Source of the DNA: Candidatus Pacebacteria bacterium RIFOXYA1_FULL_38_18
GTDB taxonomy: Bacteria; Patescibacteriota; Microgenomatia; UBA1400; PJMF01
Assembly (NCBI GenBank): GCA_001787405.1
Contig: MFWV01000011.1
Coordinates: forward strand, 48,857 to 112,856
Length of the DNA: 64,000 nucleotides
Direction: 5' to 3'
Positions within the stretch are counted from its first letter, which is position 1. Every line of letters starts with the position of its first letter. A model generated the notes under the pieces. That model did no database searches and was not told where the DNA came from. It saw only the letters and a program-made list of their open reading frames with translations. A program made the position numbers and the translations under genes. Shown here piece after piece: positions 1 to 9,813 of the stretch.

Positions 1-201
1 AATCAGTCAGTCAATCAGATGGCTCAGGCTAATCAACCGACTCAACCAATTAATCAATCAGCTAATCAATCAGCCGATCAGCCAATTTCTCAAACTTCAG
101 CTCAATCAGCTAATATTGATAAAAAAGAAAAGGACGAACAATCACCTTCTTACTCTGGTCACTACGACATAAACGACTACTCACCGCCAACTTCCCCTTG
201 A
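1..201 (+). CDS. 3' end of a gene running in from outside the window; low-complexity N/Q/S-rich tail
   Basis: Frame is open from base 1 (NQSVNQMAQANQPTQPINQSANQSADQ...) to TGA at 201; degenerate ~12-nt repeats. Confidence 0.45.
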   Translation, partial: NQSVNQMAQANQPTQPINQSANQSADQPISQTSAQSANIDKKEKDEQSPSYSGHYDINDYSPPTSP

Positions 202-261
202 CAGTTTGTGGGAAACTATGTGTATAACTATGAACGATCAATGGTAGCTACTAACTACCAT
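198..261 (+). promoter_or_regulatory. Putative dnaA promoter with overlapping DnaA-box-like sites and a short inverted repeat
   Basis: TTGACA (198-203) ... TATAAC (223-228), spacer 19 nt (long); TGTGGGAAA and TGTGTATAA box-like 9-mers overlap it; ATGGTAG-N7-CTACCAT at 241-261. Confidence 0.45.
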
Positions 262-318
262 GTAGATTACATTTATTATCCTTAGTTTTTTAATACAGCC
301 GCCCAAGAAAAAAATAGT

Positions 319-1809
319 ATGTTTACTACCACTCTCGAAGAGAGCGAAATTATTAAAATCTGGTCTGCTACTCAAAAAGAATTAGCGGATCAATTAACTC
401 CAGCAGTTTTTAATACCTGGATTGTTTCCAATCCTTTGACAAAAATTGAGGTTGACCAACAAAATAACGCCTTAGCCACTATTGTTTGTCCTACTGCTTT
501 CCATGCCACCAATCTTAAAAAAAATCTTTATACCCAAATCAAGCAATCACTGGAAAAACAACTCAAAAAAAACACCGAACTATCTTTTATAGTTGGTTCT
601 CCAGTAAATAAACAAACAGATGATGAACAAAAAAATTCTACAAGAAAAGCTACTATTGGTAATAATTTTTTAAAGATACCCCATCAAAAATCTCCCTCAC
701 CTACCGTAGATGAACTATTCTCGGCTCACACCCTACAAGCTACTATTCAAGACAGAATGAAGGCTGCGGCGCGTAGAGTAGGCCTACGCCCCGATTACAC
801 CTTCAAAACCTTTGCCGTCTCCACTAGTAACGAACTAGCCCACGCCGCAGCCACCGCAGTCTCCAATAATCCAGGTACTACCTATAATCCCCTTTTTCTT
901 TATGGCGGGGTAGGGGTTGGAAAAACTCATCTAATGCATGCCATTGGCTACAACGTGCTTCAACAAAATCCGGAAACGAATATTATTTATAGAACTGGAG
1001 AAGAATTCACAAATGAAATCGTAGCAGCCATTCAAACCAAGAAAGCCTTTGACTTTAAAAGAAAATATCGCAATGCTCAAATATTAATGATCGATGATAT
1101 CCAATTCATTGCCGGAAAAATGACTGTTCAGGAAGAATTTTTTCACACCTTCAATGCTCTCATCAAACAATCCTTCCAAATCATTCTTACTTCCGATCGC
1201 CCCCCTCATGAAATTAATCTCATGGAAGATAGATTACGCTCTCGTTTTGAAGCTGGTTTGATGATTGATATCCAACAACCTTCTTTTGAACTGAGAACTG
1301 CCATTTTACTAATTAAAGCTCAAGCCAATAATTTAGATCTCCCCATGGATTTAGCTCAACATATCGCTTCCAAAGTTGATAGTGCTAGACGCATTGAGGG
1401 TATTGTCACTCAACTTCGATCAGAAATAGAATTAAAAAATAAAGTCATTTCTCTTGAGTTGATTCAGGAAATTACTAAAAGCGAAAAAATTAATCATCAA
1501 AATATTTTACGAGTTAATCCTCAAGACGTTATTAAAACCGTAGCCAATCATTACCGTATCAAACAAAGTGCTGTCAAAGGCAAAAGACGTACAAAAGAGG
1601 TAGTAACCGCTCGTCATACTGCCATGTTTTTCTTGAGGAAAGAACTTAATATGCCTTTAGAGGAAATTGGGAAGTGGTTCTCGGGTAGAGATCATACTAG
1701 TGTTTTGCATGCTATTAAAAAAATAGAGAAAGAAACTATTGAAGAAAACTTGGTTCAGCAAGATATTTCTGCAATAAGAATGTCGCTTAATGCTCTTTCA
1801 AAATCATAG
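319..1809 (+). CDS. dnaA: Chromosomal replication initiator DnaA
   Basis: YNPLFLYGGVGVGKTHLM Walker A, IDDIQF Walker B, QEEFFHTFN, RLRSRF, C-terminal GRDHTSVLHA. Confidence 0.99.
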   Translation: MFTTTLEESEIIKIWSATQKELADQLTPAVFNTWIVSNPLTKIEVDQQNNALATIVCPTAFHATNLKKNLYTQIKQSLEKQLKKNTELSFIVGSPVNKQTDDEQKNSTRKATIGNNFLKIPHQKSPSPTVDELFSAHTLQATIQDRMKAAARRVGLRPDYTFKTFAVSTSNELAHAAATAVSNNPGTTYNPLFLYGGVGVGKTHLMHAIGYNVLQQNPETNIIYRTGEEFTNEIVAAIQTKKAFDFKRKYRNAQILMIDDIQFIAGKMTVQEEFFHTFNALIKQSFQIILTSDRPPHEINLMEDRLRSRFEAGLMIDIQQPSFELRTAILLIKAQANNLDLPMDLAQHIASKVDSARRIEGIVTQLRSEIELKNKVISLELIQEITKSEKINHQNILRVNPQDVIKTVANHYRIKQSAVKGKRRTKEVVTARHTAMFFLRKELNMPLEEIGKWFSGRDHTSVLHAIKKIEKETIEENLVQQDISAIRMSLNALSKS

Positions 1810-2060
1810 TTTTCCCCAAATGTGGAAAACTTTGTAGAAAACTCTGTGGATTATGTTTGGAAAACTGTGGATAATTTTGGGCAATTGTGTAAAGCCCTTG
1901 CATTTTTCCCCGCTTTTCCCTCACAATACACATAGTTTTTCAGGTGGTAAATCAAGAGAATCCACAATGCTTTTTATGTTTTTACTTGATAAAAAGCGCG
2001 GTTTTTCCCACTTATCCACCGTCTCTATTACTACAACAAATATAATTAAGTAATAAGAAG
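1810..2060. other. oriC (dnaA-dnaN intergenic) with DnaA boxes and DnaA-trio/AT-rich unwinding element
   Basis: TGTGGAAAA (1821), TGTAGAAAA (1833), TGTGGATTA (1845), perfect TGTGGATAA (1866), tandem TTTTCCCAC/TTATCCACC (2003-2020) followed by CTATTACTACAACAAATATAA. Confidence 0.88.
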
Positions 2061-2087
2061 ATAGGAATGAAAAAAATAAAATAAATC

Positions 2088-3194
2088 ATGAAAATTACAG
2101 TTTTACAAGAAAACCTAAAAAATGCTTTAGGTAGTTTGCAAAAAGTTATTCCCAACCGACCGCAATTACCAATTCTTTCATCTGTTTATCTAAAAGCAGA
2201 AAAAGATTCATTGGTTCTGGCTGCCACAGATCTTTATTTGGGAATCAAAAATACTATCCCAGCCAAAGTGACTAAGGGAGATACTCTGGTAGTACCAGGA
2301 GATATTCTTAAGAATTTGATATTTTCTTTTTCAGCTGGAGAAATAGAAATAGAAAAAAAAGATAATTCTCTTATTTTAAAATATGGTAATAGTATCTCCT
2401 CAATCCCCTATCAATCAGCAGAGGATTATCCATTATTTCCAGAGATATCAGGCGAGAGTTATTCGCTTTCTACTAAGCTATTGGAAAAAATAGAAAAATA
2501 TATTTCTTTTGCTGCTGCTATCGATCAAACCAGACCTATTTTAGCTTCATTATTATTTTCATTTAAAAAACAGGGATTAGAGATAGTAGGTACAGACGGT
2601 TTTAGATTGGCTACTCTAAATACGACTGAAAGTATTAAAGATTTTGAGGAAGATCTTCTCATTCCAGTTAAGGCTTTAAGTGAAGTATTTCGTATGGTTT
2701 CCCAAACAGAAGAAAAACAGGTGGAGTTTAAAATTGCCAGAGAATTAAAACAAGTTTTGTTTTCCATTAATGGTGCTCAAATATATGTTCGTTTGATTGA
2801 AGGCGAATATCCACCTTATAAAAAAATTATTCCACCTGATTTTGAACACAAATTTGCTTTGGATTGGGATGAATTAAATACACAAGTCAAGAGAGCCTTT
2901 ATTTTTTCCAGAGATATTTCCAACATTATTCGCTTTGAGATTAGTAAAGGTAGATTGGAGATAAAAGCTAGTTCACCCGCCCATGGTGAATATCAGGGTG
3001 AGATTAGCATCTCTCATCAGGGAAATCCATTGGAAATAGCCTTTAATGCTGTTTATTTATTGGATTTTTTGGCTACCCAACGAGCGAGTGAATTAATTTT
3101 TATGATGAATGAAAGTCTAAAACCAGCAGCGTTCAAAATTCAGGAGGAAAAAGATTATTTATATATCGTAATGCCTTTTCGCACTACAGACTAA
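2088..3194 (+). CDS. dnaN: DNA polymerase III beta sliding clamp
   Basis: LAATDL, GTDGFRLA, RLIEGEYPPYKKIIP, IAFNAVYLLD, C-terminal YIVMP; follows dnaA. Confidence 0.98.
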   Translation: MKITVLQENLKNALGSLQKVIPNRPQLPILSSVYLKAEKDSLVLAATDLYLGIKNTIPAKVTKGDTLVVPGDILKNLIFSFSAGEIEIEKKDNSLILKYGNSISSIPYQSAEDYPLFPEISGESYSLSTKLLEKIEKYISFAAAIDQTRPILASLLFSFKKQGLEIVGTDGFRLATLNTTESIKDFEEDLLIPVKALSEVFRMVSQTEEKQVEFKIARELKQVLFSINGAQIYVRLIEGEYPPYKKIIPPDFEHKFALDWDELNTQVKRAFIFSRDISNIIRFEISKGRLEIKASSPAHGEYQGEISISHQGNPLEIAFNAVYLLDFLATQRASELIFMMNESLKPAAFKIQEEKDYLYIVMPFRTTD

Positions 3195-3220
3195 AAAACA
3201 GTCTGGTATAATTCCACATC

Positions 3221-3370
3221 ATGCCAAAAAGAACTTGGAACCCTAAAAAGAAAAAACGTTTACGAACTCACGGTTTTATAGAACGGATGAAAACCCTGAC
3301 TGGCCGTTCTGTATTAAAACGTCGTCGCGCTAAAGGGCGACAAAAACTCACTGTGGTTAAGAAAAAATAA
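3221..3370 (+). CDS. rpmH: 50S ribosomal protein L34 (not in the ORF track)
   Basis: Manual translation [49 protein letters not shown]. Confidence 0.97.
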   Translation: MPKRTWNPKKKKRLRTHGFIERMKTLTGRSVLKRRRAKGRQKLTVVKKK

Positions 3371-3411
3371 CTACGTGTTTAAGTTTGCGTGAGCACTTAT
3401 ACTAAAGCAAT

Positions 3412-3750
3412 ATGCTTGCTCGTTTTCATAGACTCAACTTTCGTTTGCAAAAAGATAGAGATCTTTTTCGTTTTGGAAAATTTCAGCAAGAGAAGAATTT
3501 CCAATTAGCCTATGATTTTAAAGGTGAAAATTTTCAATTTAGTGTAATGGTTCCCAAAAAAATCATTAGTTCTGCTGCAGCTAGAAATGCTCTACGTCGT
3601 ACAATTACTACAGCGCTACCTAGAGAGTTTGTAGAATTTAATAATTTACGCCTGGCAATAAAGATTACTTCCAGAGATGCTACTTTACTCAAACAAACAG
3701 ATTGGAAGAATTTTTTTGATAATTTATTCAAAAAATTATCAGTGCAATAA
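3412..3750 (+). CDS. rnpA: Ribonuclease P protein component (divergent)
   Basis: Position after rpmH; MLARFHRL N-terminus; VPKKIISSAAARNALRR resembles the RNR motif. Confidence 0.8.
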   Translation: MLARFHRLNFRLQKDRDLFRFGKFQQEKNFQLAYDFKGENFQFSVMVPKKIISSAAARNALRRTITTALPREFVEFNNLRLAIKITSRDATLLKQTDWKNFFDNLFKKLSVQ

Positions 3751-3831
3751 ACTCAATTCTAAATAAAAAATCAGTTTAGAAAACTCAACTTAAAAAGACC
3801 GACTTAAAAACCTAATCTAAAAAACTCAACG

Positions 3832-4029
3832 ATGTTTAATAAAAAAGCTTTTAATATTTATCGATCTTTGGAGCCGATTAAACAAAGAATTCTTTTTACA
3901 GCTTTTGGTTTTAATAGCCACTGTAAACATTTTCCCACCTGTAGCGTTTATACTGAAAAACAAATTAACAAGCATGGTACAATCATGGGATCTTTAAAGG
4001 GATTTATAAGAATTTTAACTTGTTGGTAA
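3832..4029 (+). CDS. yidD: Membrane protein insertion efficiency factor YidD (short form)
   Basis: CKHFPTCSVY...KHG...G..RILTC; between rnpA and yidC. Confidence 0.85.
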   Translation: MFNKKAFNIYRSLEPIKQRILFTAFGFNSHCKHFPTCSVYTEKQINKHGTIMGSLKGFIRILTCW

Positions 4030-4030
4030 T

Positions 4031-4780
4031 ATGAATTTTTTAATCACACAATTTATCCAATTATTGTCTTTTTTAAATGAATTTTTGGGCAGTTTAGGCT
4101 GGTCAATTATTGCTTTTACTCTATTGGTTAGGCTTGTTTTATTACCCATCACTCTCTCTTCTATTCGTGCTCAAAAAAAACTAAAAGACCTACAACCAGA
4201 ATTAAAGAAAATATCTGGTAAATTTAAAAATAATAAACAAGCTTTACAACAAGCTCAAATGGAGTTGTATAAAAAATACAATATTAATCCACTGGCTGGT
4301 TGTTTACCCCAAATTGTTCAGATTTTCGTCTTGATTATTCTTTACCGCGCCTTATTGGATTTCCTAGGAAATGGTACTGCCAATGGAACTAATTTACAGT
4401 TTTTTTGGTTAAATTTGGGAGAACCAGATAATACCTATATTTTGCCAATTTTAGCTGGTGTTAGTCAACTTTTCTTATCTTTTATGATTGCTCCTGGTGC
4501 AGAAATTCCAGATGTAGTATCCAATAAAAGCAAGAAAAAGAAGATTCAAGAAGCCAATAAAAAAGAAGAGAAAACTGCTGATATGGCCGCTACCATGCAA
4601 CAACAAATGTTGTTTATTATGCCTCTGATGACCGGCTTTTTAGCGGCACGCTTTCCTTCAGGATTAGCACTCTATTGGGTGGCAGCCACGATTTTTAGTA
4701 TAGTTCAGCAATATTATGTTTCTGGCTGGGGAGGTTTAACTTCCTATTGGCAAAGATTGTTAATTAAAATTAAAAAATAA
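4031..4780 (+). CDS. yidC: Membrane protein insertase YidC/Oxa1
   Basis: GWSIIAFTLLVRLVLLP, LQPELKKI, ELYKKYNINPLAGCLP, PSGLALYW. Confidence 0.97.
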   Translation: MNFLITQFIQLLSFLNEFLGSLGWSIIAFTLLVRLVLLPITLSSIRAQKKLKDLQPELKKISGKFKNNKQALQQAQMELYKKYNINPLAGCLPQIVQIFVLIILYRALLDFLGNGTANGTNLQFFWLNLGEPDNTYILPILAGVSQLFLSFMIAPGAEIPDVVSNKSKKKKIQEANKKEEKTADMAATMQQQMLFIMPLMTGFLAARFPSGLALYWVAATIFSIVQQYYVSGWGGLTSYWQRLLIKIKK

Positions 4781-4787
4781 AGAGCAT

Positions 4788-5252
4788 ATGAAAAAGATTA
4801 AAGATAGGATCTTAAGAATTTTTGATTTTTATGAAATTGAAGAAGCAGATATTGATTTTGAAGAAGTAAAACAAAACGAAAAAATTTATTTAAACATCCT
4901 CTTACCAGAGGATCAAGCAAAGCATTTTATTGGTAGTAGAGGTGAAACGTTGGAAGCATTGGAGCTTTTGACAAGACTAGCTCACTTGGACGAGTTGAGC
5001 GAGGGAGAAAAGTTAATAATTGACATTAATGGTTACCGCAAGGAGAAAGAAGAAAAACTCCGAGAACGGGCGATTAGAGCAGCTCAAGGGGTCATTGAAA
5101 CTGGGCGCGAATATATTTTTGCTGATTTAAATTCCTATGAGCGCTATCTCGTACATAGCGCTATTGGAGAAAATCAGGAATTAAGTCAAGTAGAGACTGT
5201 TTCTGAAGATGATGCTTATGGTCGGGTTTTGATCATCAAACTTAAAGTTTAA
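4788..5252 (+). CDS. jag: Jag/KhpB-like RNA-binding protein (KH + R3H, short form)
   Basis: FIGSRGETLEALE KH motif, IDINGYR, ERYLVH R3H motif; follows yidC. Confidence 0.88.
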   Translation: MKKIKDRILRIFDFYEIEEADIDFEEVKQNEKIYLNILLPEDQAKHFIGSRGETLEALELLTRLAHLDELSEGEKLIIDINGYRKEKEEKLRERAIRAAQGVIETGREYIFADLNSYERYLVHSAIGENQELSQVETVSEDDAYGRVLIIKLKV

Positions 5253-5263
5253 TTTAATAGAAC

Positions 5264-5680
5264 ATGCAATTAACTATTCACACTGATGGAGGTTCTCGGG
5301 GCAATCCCGGCATTTCTGGCGGAGGAGCCGTGGTTTTTCAAGATGATCGAGAAATACATTCTATGAGTGCTAGTTTTGGAATAAAAACCAATAACGAGGC
5401 AGAATACTTGGCAGTGATAATGGCTCTAAAATGGTTGAAAAAATTTTCTCAGAAACAATCAATCAAACAAGTAAAGTTTTTTCTTGACTCAAAACTGGTT
5501 ACAGAACAACTCAATAAGGCTTGGAAAATCAAAGAACCACGTTTGAGAACTTTAGCTCATAATTGTTGGGAAATTATCGAAACACTCCCCTATTCAGTTA
5601 TTTTTTCTCATGTGAGACGTGAGAAAAATGCCGAAGCAGATTTGCTAGCCAATCAAGCGATGGATACAGCTACAATGTAA
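5264..5680 (+). CDS. rnhA: Ribonuclease HI
   Basis: TDGGSRGNPG, TNNEAEY, DSKLV, HVRREKNAEADLLAN. Confidence 0.95.
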   Translation: MQLTIHTDGGSRGNPGISGGGAVVFQDDREIHSMSASFGIKTNNEAEYLAVIMALKWLKKFSQKQSIKQVKFFLDSKLVTEQLNKAWKIKEPRLRTLAHNCWEIIETLPYSVIFSHVRREKNAEADLLANQAMDTATM

Positions 5681-5690
5681 GTAGCTGTCT

Positions 5691-8642
5691 ATGTCTCGTT
5701 TAGAAACCTTACCGGCATCCCAAAATCAGCGCGTCCTCTTAATTGGAGCTCAGACGTGGTTATTTTCTTTAATCAAAGAGAGATTTATTGACTACGATAT
5801 CCAAGTGATTGAAGTAACTGAGATTGATTTTCTAAAAATTGATCACCAGAGTTTACATCTAGAAACCATTTATAAAATTATCTGGTGGGTTGACTTCACC
5901 GATTTGAGGACTCAGCAATTGGTGTCCAATAATCTCCAATCAATGAAGGATATTTCATTCATTATTTTGGGTAAATTACCAGAATTATTCCTATTGGAAA
6001 CAGAGAAATTACCTCAAGAGATTACTAAAGCTCAAGAATTTTTTGTCAATCTTGCCGGAAAATTTACTTCAGCTCAATTGTTTTTTGTCAGAGATTTGGT
6101 AAATGAGGAAGAATTATCAGTAATTTTTCAATTTGTTTTTCGAGGGTTTAAAAAAAACATTCTCCTAGATCCTCAGGCTCACTGGTTTTTCTGCACTCGG
6201 CGAGATTTTTTTAAAGCCATCGAGCCCTATCTAGTCAGACCCCATGCCGTGCAACGAGTCTTAATCCAGGGTAAAAAAATTATTAGTAGTGTGATTCTAA
6301 AAAAAATAGTGGATTTATTAGCGCGTTATTACAATCTTTCCTTCAAAGTAATTTCTGTTATCGCCGAACGCCACTCTCCCCCACTCTTGGGTTTTGCAGA
6401 AGCTACCATAACATCACAAACAACGAATTTTATTGATGACTTTATTCGTCAAAAAAAATCGTGGCAAAAAGTGGCTGAGGATCTCCCCTTTCCTTCTGAA
6501 AAACATCTCTATCAAGACCTTTTAGAATCAAACGAAGATCGGCCTTTAGACAATATTCAGTTAAATGAATCAATTGAACTGATGAAAGAGAATTATTCTG
6601 AGAGAAATTCAATAAATGGTAAAAAGCCAAAAGTTTCTATTTCCGAGTCTCAAAGTAATTTTGAGCAACAGGAGGTTGATAAAGAAAAAAGATTGATAAA
6701 TGGGGAAGAAATTACAAAAGAACCTGTGGAAGAAGAGAAGATAGAAAGGGAACTAGCTCGCATTTTTCATCAGCAAAGAGATGAAAAAAAGCAAAAAAGA
6801 ATTGGTTTTAAAATAAAAATAATCAAAAAAATAGCCCAAAAATCCAAAAAAAATAAAACACTTTTTTTTGGCGGAATGGTTGCCGTGTTTGTGGGGGGAG
6901 TAATTCTTTCTCTCTGGGGAATATTATTTCTTACCACTGTTTTTGCTCGCAAAGAAGTGATGGCTTTTTTCACGACAAATTCTTCTCAAACAAAGCAGGT
7001 ATATCAACCTGATTTCTGGACTCAAGCATTAATTTCTCAAACAAATTTTTATCAAAATTTTTTGGATAAATCCTGGCTTGGAGCTAGTGGCGAGTTGGCA
7101 GAATTTAGTCAAGATTTTACTCAACTCAGTCAACAGCAAATAGAAATTAAAAATTTGGGAGGGCAATATCTTTTAAGTTTATTGAGTGGAAAAGAGGCTT
7201 TATCAGATTTATCGTCCTTACTGAATGAAAAACTGACCGAGGTTCAAAAATCAACCAATAAGATAGTTAATTCCGCAGAACTGGTTTTACCAGGCATATT
7301 AGATTCAGAAAATGATTGGTTGACGGCTTTTCAGCAAACCACTCAAAATCAAGCCCTAGCACTTCAACTGCCAGACCTATTAAGCTCTATTTTTGGAGGA
7401 GAAGGAAAGCGTACCTACGCAGTATTATTACAAAACAATTTAGAATTAAGACCAACAGGTGGTTTTATTCAAGCAATTGGTTTTCTCACGTTTGATCAAG
7501 GATTGTTAATTGATAGCCAAATTGTTAATCCTTATGATCTTGATCAGCGAGTGTTGGCCTCGGTTTTGGCTCCAACAGAGATAAGAAAATATTTGGGAGA
7601 AAATAATTGGTATTTGCGTGATAGTAATTGGAATCCGGATTTTCCAGAAACTGCCTTAAGAGTATCTTGGTTTATTCGTCAAGCAATTGGCCTGCAGGTG
7701 GATGGGGTTTGGGCCATTAATTATCTTGCTCTACAAGATATGTTGGAAGCAATTGGCCCATTGGAATTAGCCAATTATAATGAGCTATTAACAGAGAAAA
7801 ATCTTTTGGAAAGAGTAGAGTTTCATTCAGATGATGAGCTAACCAATGTTAAAGAACAACAACAAGATTATGCCACCACTGTTTTTAATCAATTTTTATT
7901 GCAATTACAGACAATGTCACCAGAGCAAGCTACGGCGTTTTTGGATACTTTACAACTTGGTTTAACCAACAAACAAATTTTGGTTAGCCTATTTGACCAG
8001 GAACAGGCAGAGCTTACAGAGAAAATGGGTTGGAATGGTCAGATAATTAATCCAATTTGTCCCACTCGATTTTCACAAGTAACTTGTTTGGTTGATCAAA
8101 TTTTTCAAGTAGAAACAAACATTGGACTGAATAGGGTAGGGGCTTATATCAAAAGAGAAATAGAACATCGCGTAGATTTGAGTGACGAAAAAATTGCTCA
8201 TACTAGATCAATAATTTTTAAAAACACCAGTCGTTCCGATGGTTGGCCCCTGGGTTCTTACAAAACCTATCTTCGTTTTATTCTGGACGGGGAAGCTCAG
8301 CCCAGTTCCATAAGCATTGATGGTCGAAAAATCGTGGGCGATCAAGTGATGATCTATGGAGAAGGTGGTAGGCGAGTGGTGGGAGTGCCGGTAGAAGTAC
8401 CCAAGCAAGCAACGGTTACAGTGGAGTTTTATTACTTGACCGAGACAATACCTCAAGAATCATTCTCCTATTTATTATTTGATCAACAACAATCTGGAGT
8501 AGAGGAGACACCAACCAAGATTGTTATTTATAATTCCGATCAAAAACCAAGCCTAATAGCTCCTCGAGCTGAGTTATTTGGCAACTCGGTGGAATTTAAT
8601 CAAATCAAGAACGAGCATCTATTTGTGGGAGTACGCTATTAA
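5691..8642 (+). CDS. DUF4012-family membrane-anchored protein with large N-terminal cytoplasmic region
   Basis: One central TM helix; LLQNNLELRPTGGFI, RDSNWNPDFP and VDGVWAIN motifs typical of DUF4012. Confidence 0.8.
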   Translation: MSRLETLPASQNQRVLLIGAQTWLFSLIKERFIDYDIQVIEVTEIDFLKIDHQSLHLETIYKIIWWVDFTDLRTQQLVSNNLQSMKDISFIILGKLPELFLLETEKLPQEITKAQEFFVNLAGKFTSAQLFFVRDLVNEEELSVIFQFVFRGFKKNILLDPQAHWFFCTRRDFFKAIEPYLVRPHAVQRVLIQGKKIISSVILKKIVDLLARYYNLSFKVISVIAERHSPPLLGFAEATITSQTTNFIDDFIRQKKSWQKVAEDLPFPSEKHLYQDLLESNEDRPLDNIQLNESIELMKENYSERNSINGKKPKVSISESQSNFEQQEVDKEKRLINGEEITKEPVEEEKIERELARIFHQQRDEKKQKRIGFKIKIIKKIAQKSKKNKTLFFGGMVAVFVGGVILSLWGILFLTTVFARKEVMAFFTTNSSQTKQVYQPDFWTQALISQTNFYQNFLDKSWLGASGELAEFSQDFTQLSQQQIEIKNLGGQYLLSLLSGKEALSDLSSLLNEKLTEVQKSTNKIVNSAELVLPGILDSENDWLTAFQQTTQNQALALQLPDLLSSIFGGEGKRTYAVLLQNNLELRPTGGFIQAIGFLTFDQGLLIDSQIVNPYDLDQRVLASVLAPTEIRKYLGENNWYLRDSNWNPDFPETALRVSWFIRQAIGLQVDGVWAINYLALQDMLEAIGPLELANYNELLTEKNLLERVEFHSDDELTNVKEQQQDYATTVFNQFLLQLQTMSPEQATAFLDTLQLGLTNKQILVSLFDQEQAELTEKMGWNGQIINPICPTRFSQVTCLVDQIFQVETNIGLNRVGAYIKREIEHRVDLSDEKIAHTRSIIFKNTSRSDGWPLGSYKTYLRFILDGEAQPSSISIDGRKIVGDQVMIYGEGGRRVVGVPVEVPKQATVTVEFYYLTETIPQESFSYLLFDQQQSGVEETPTKIVIYNSDQKPSLIAPRAELFGNSVEFNQIKNEHLFVGVRY

Positions 8643-8768
8643 CATTATTAGTTATTAAATCAGCATTATTAATTTCAAAAATAAAAAACAACTCAAAACA
8701 CGTTGTGAAAATATACTGTTTACTAATTATTCATTGGTTTTTATTCGCCCCACTTAGATTAAAAATTG

Positions 8769-8865
8769 ATTAAAAAATCCTTAAAAAATGCCAAAATTAT
8801 TTTTTTAGGTTTTGCCCTTTTCACGTGAGCTCCCTCTGGTGTACATTAAAAAATCCTTAAAAAAT
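8769..8865. repeat. 21-bp direct repeat pair upstream of rplY
   Basis: ATTAAAAAATCCTTAAAAAAT at 8769-8789 and 8845-8865. Confidence 0.8.
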
Positions 8866-8986
8866 CGAGTTTTCTCAATTATTTAATAATGATTTGTGTT
8901 AGAATGTGCGCTTACTTTTAATCGATTAAACTAATTACTTGAATTAATTGATTAAATCAATCGACCATCAAGTTAAATAAAAAATT

Positions 8987-9670
8987 ATGACCAAAATTAC
9001 TTTCCCAGTTCAAAAACGGGCAACTCAAAAACCAAAGGAACTTCGTCGAGAAGGAATTATTCCAGCCAATATTTTTGGCGATGGCGACTCGATTGCCATT
9101 CAGGCGGATACGCTTGGTTTTAGTAAGCTTTATGAACAAGTGGGAGAGACTGGACTAGTTTACTTAGAAATTGAAGGAGATGCTGATCAGCATCCAGTCT
9201 TGGTAGAAGAAGTGCAAACAGATCCAGTTAGTGGAGAGTTATTGCATGTTTCACTCAAACAAGTAAATCTAAAAGAAAAAATCGAGGCCGAAGTGCCGGT
9301 CGAGACAATCGGCGAATTTGATGTTCCTCAAGGTGTTTTGGTGGTAGTCAAAGACCAAATCGAAGTAGAGGCTTTACCAGCAGATTTACCAGAGAAATTT
9401 GAAATAGACATTAGTGCTTTAACTGAAATTGGCCAAATGGTAACTTATGCTGATCTGAAATATGATAAAAATAAGGTTCGTTTGATTTTGGGTGAAGAAG
9501 GTGAAGAAGAACCAGTGGTGTTGGTACAAGAGCAAAGAGCTGAGGAGCCAGAAGAAGAACCAGAAGTGATCGAAGGTGAAGAGAAAACCGAGGGCGAAGC
9601 TGAAGGTGAAAAAGCTGAGGATTCCAAAGAGGCTGGTGAGAAACCTGAGGAAGCTAAAAAAGCCGAGTAA
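8987..9670 (+). CDS. rplY: 50S ribosomal protein L25/general stress protein Ctc
   Basis: LRREGIIPANIFG, VQTDPVSGELLHV, EVEALPADLPEKFEIDIS, acidic tail. Confidence 0.95.
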   Translation: MTKITFPVQKRATQKPKELRREGIIPANIFGDGDSIAIQADTLGFSKLYEQVGETGLVYLEIEGDADQHPVLVEEVQTDPVSGELLHVSLKQVNLKEKIEAEVPVETIGEFDVPQGVLVVVKDQIEVEALPADLPEKFEIDISALTEIGQMVTYADLKYDKNKVRLILGEEGEEEPVVLVQEQRAEEPEEEPEVIEGEEKTEGEAEGEKAEDSKEAGEKPEEAKKAE

Positions 9671-9813
9671 AAACTTGACTGAGATTTGGTTGAAGCTTGG
9701 TTTTGAATGAGTTGGAGTCTGGTTAAAAATTGATTATAGCTTGGTTGAAACTTGGTCAAGATTAATTTAAGCCAAATCTGGCAATCGATAATTTAAACTT
9801 CAAACTTGTCTTT

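Noticed and set aside
1853-2053. 66-aa ORF between dnaA and dnaN
   Set aside because: Lies over the DnaA-box cluster (oriC); no protein-like features
9445-9759. Ser-rich antisense ORF over rplY and similar short antisense ORFs across the window
   Set aside because: Antisense shadows of well-supported genes
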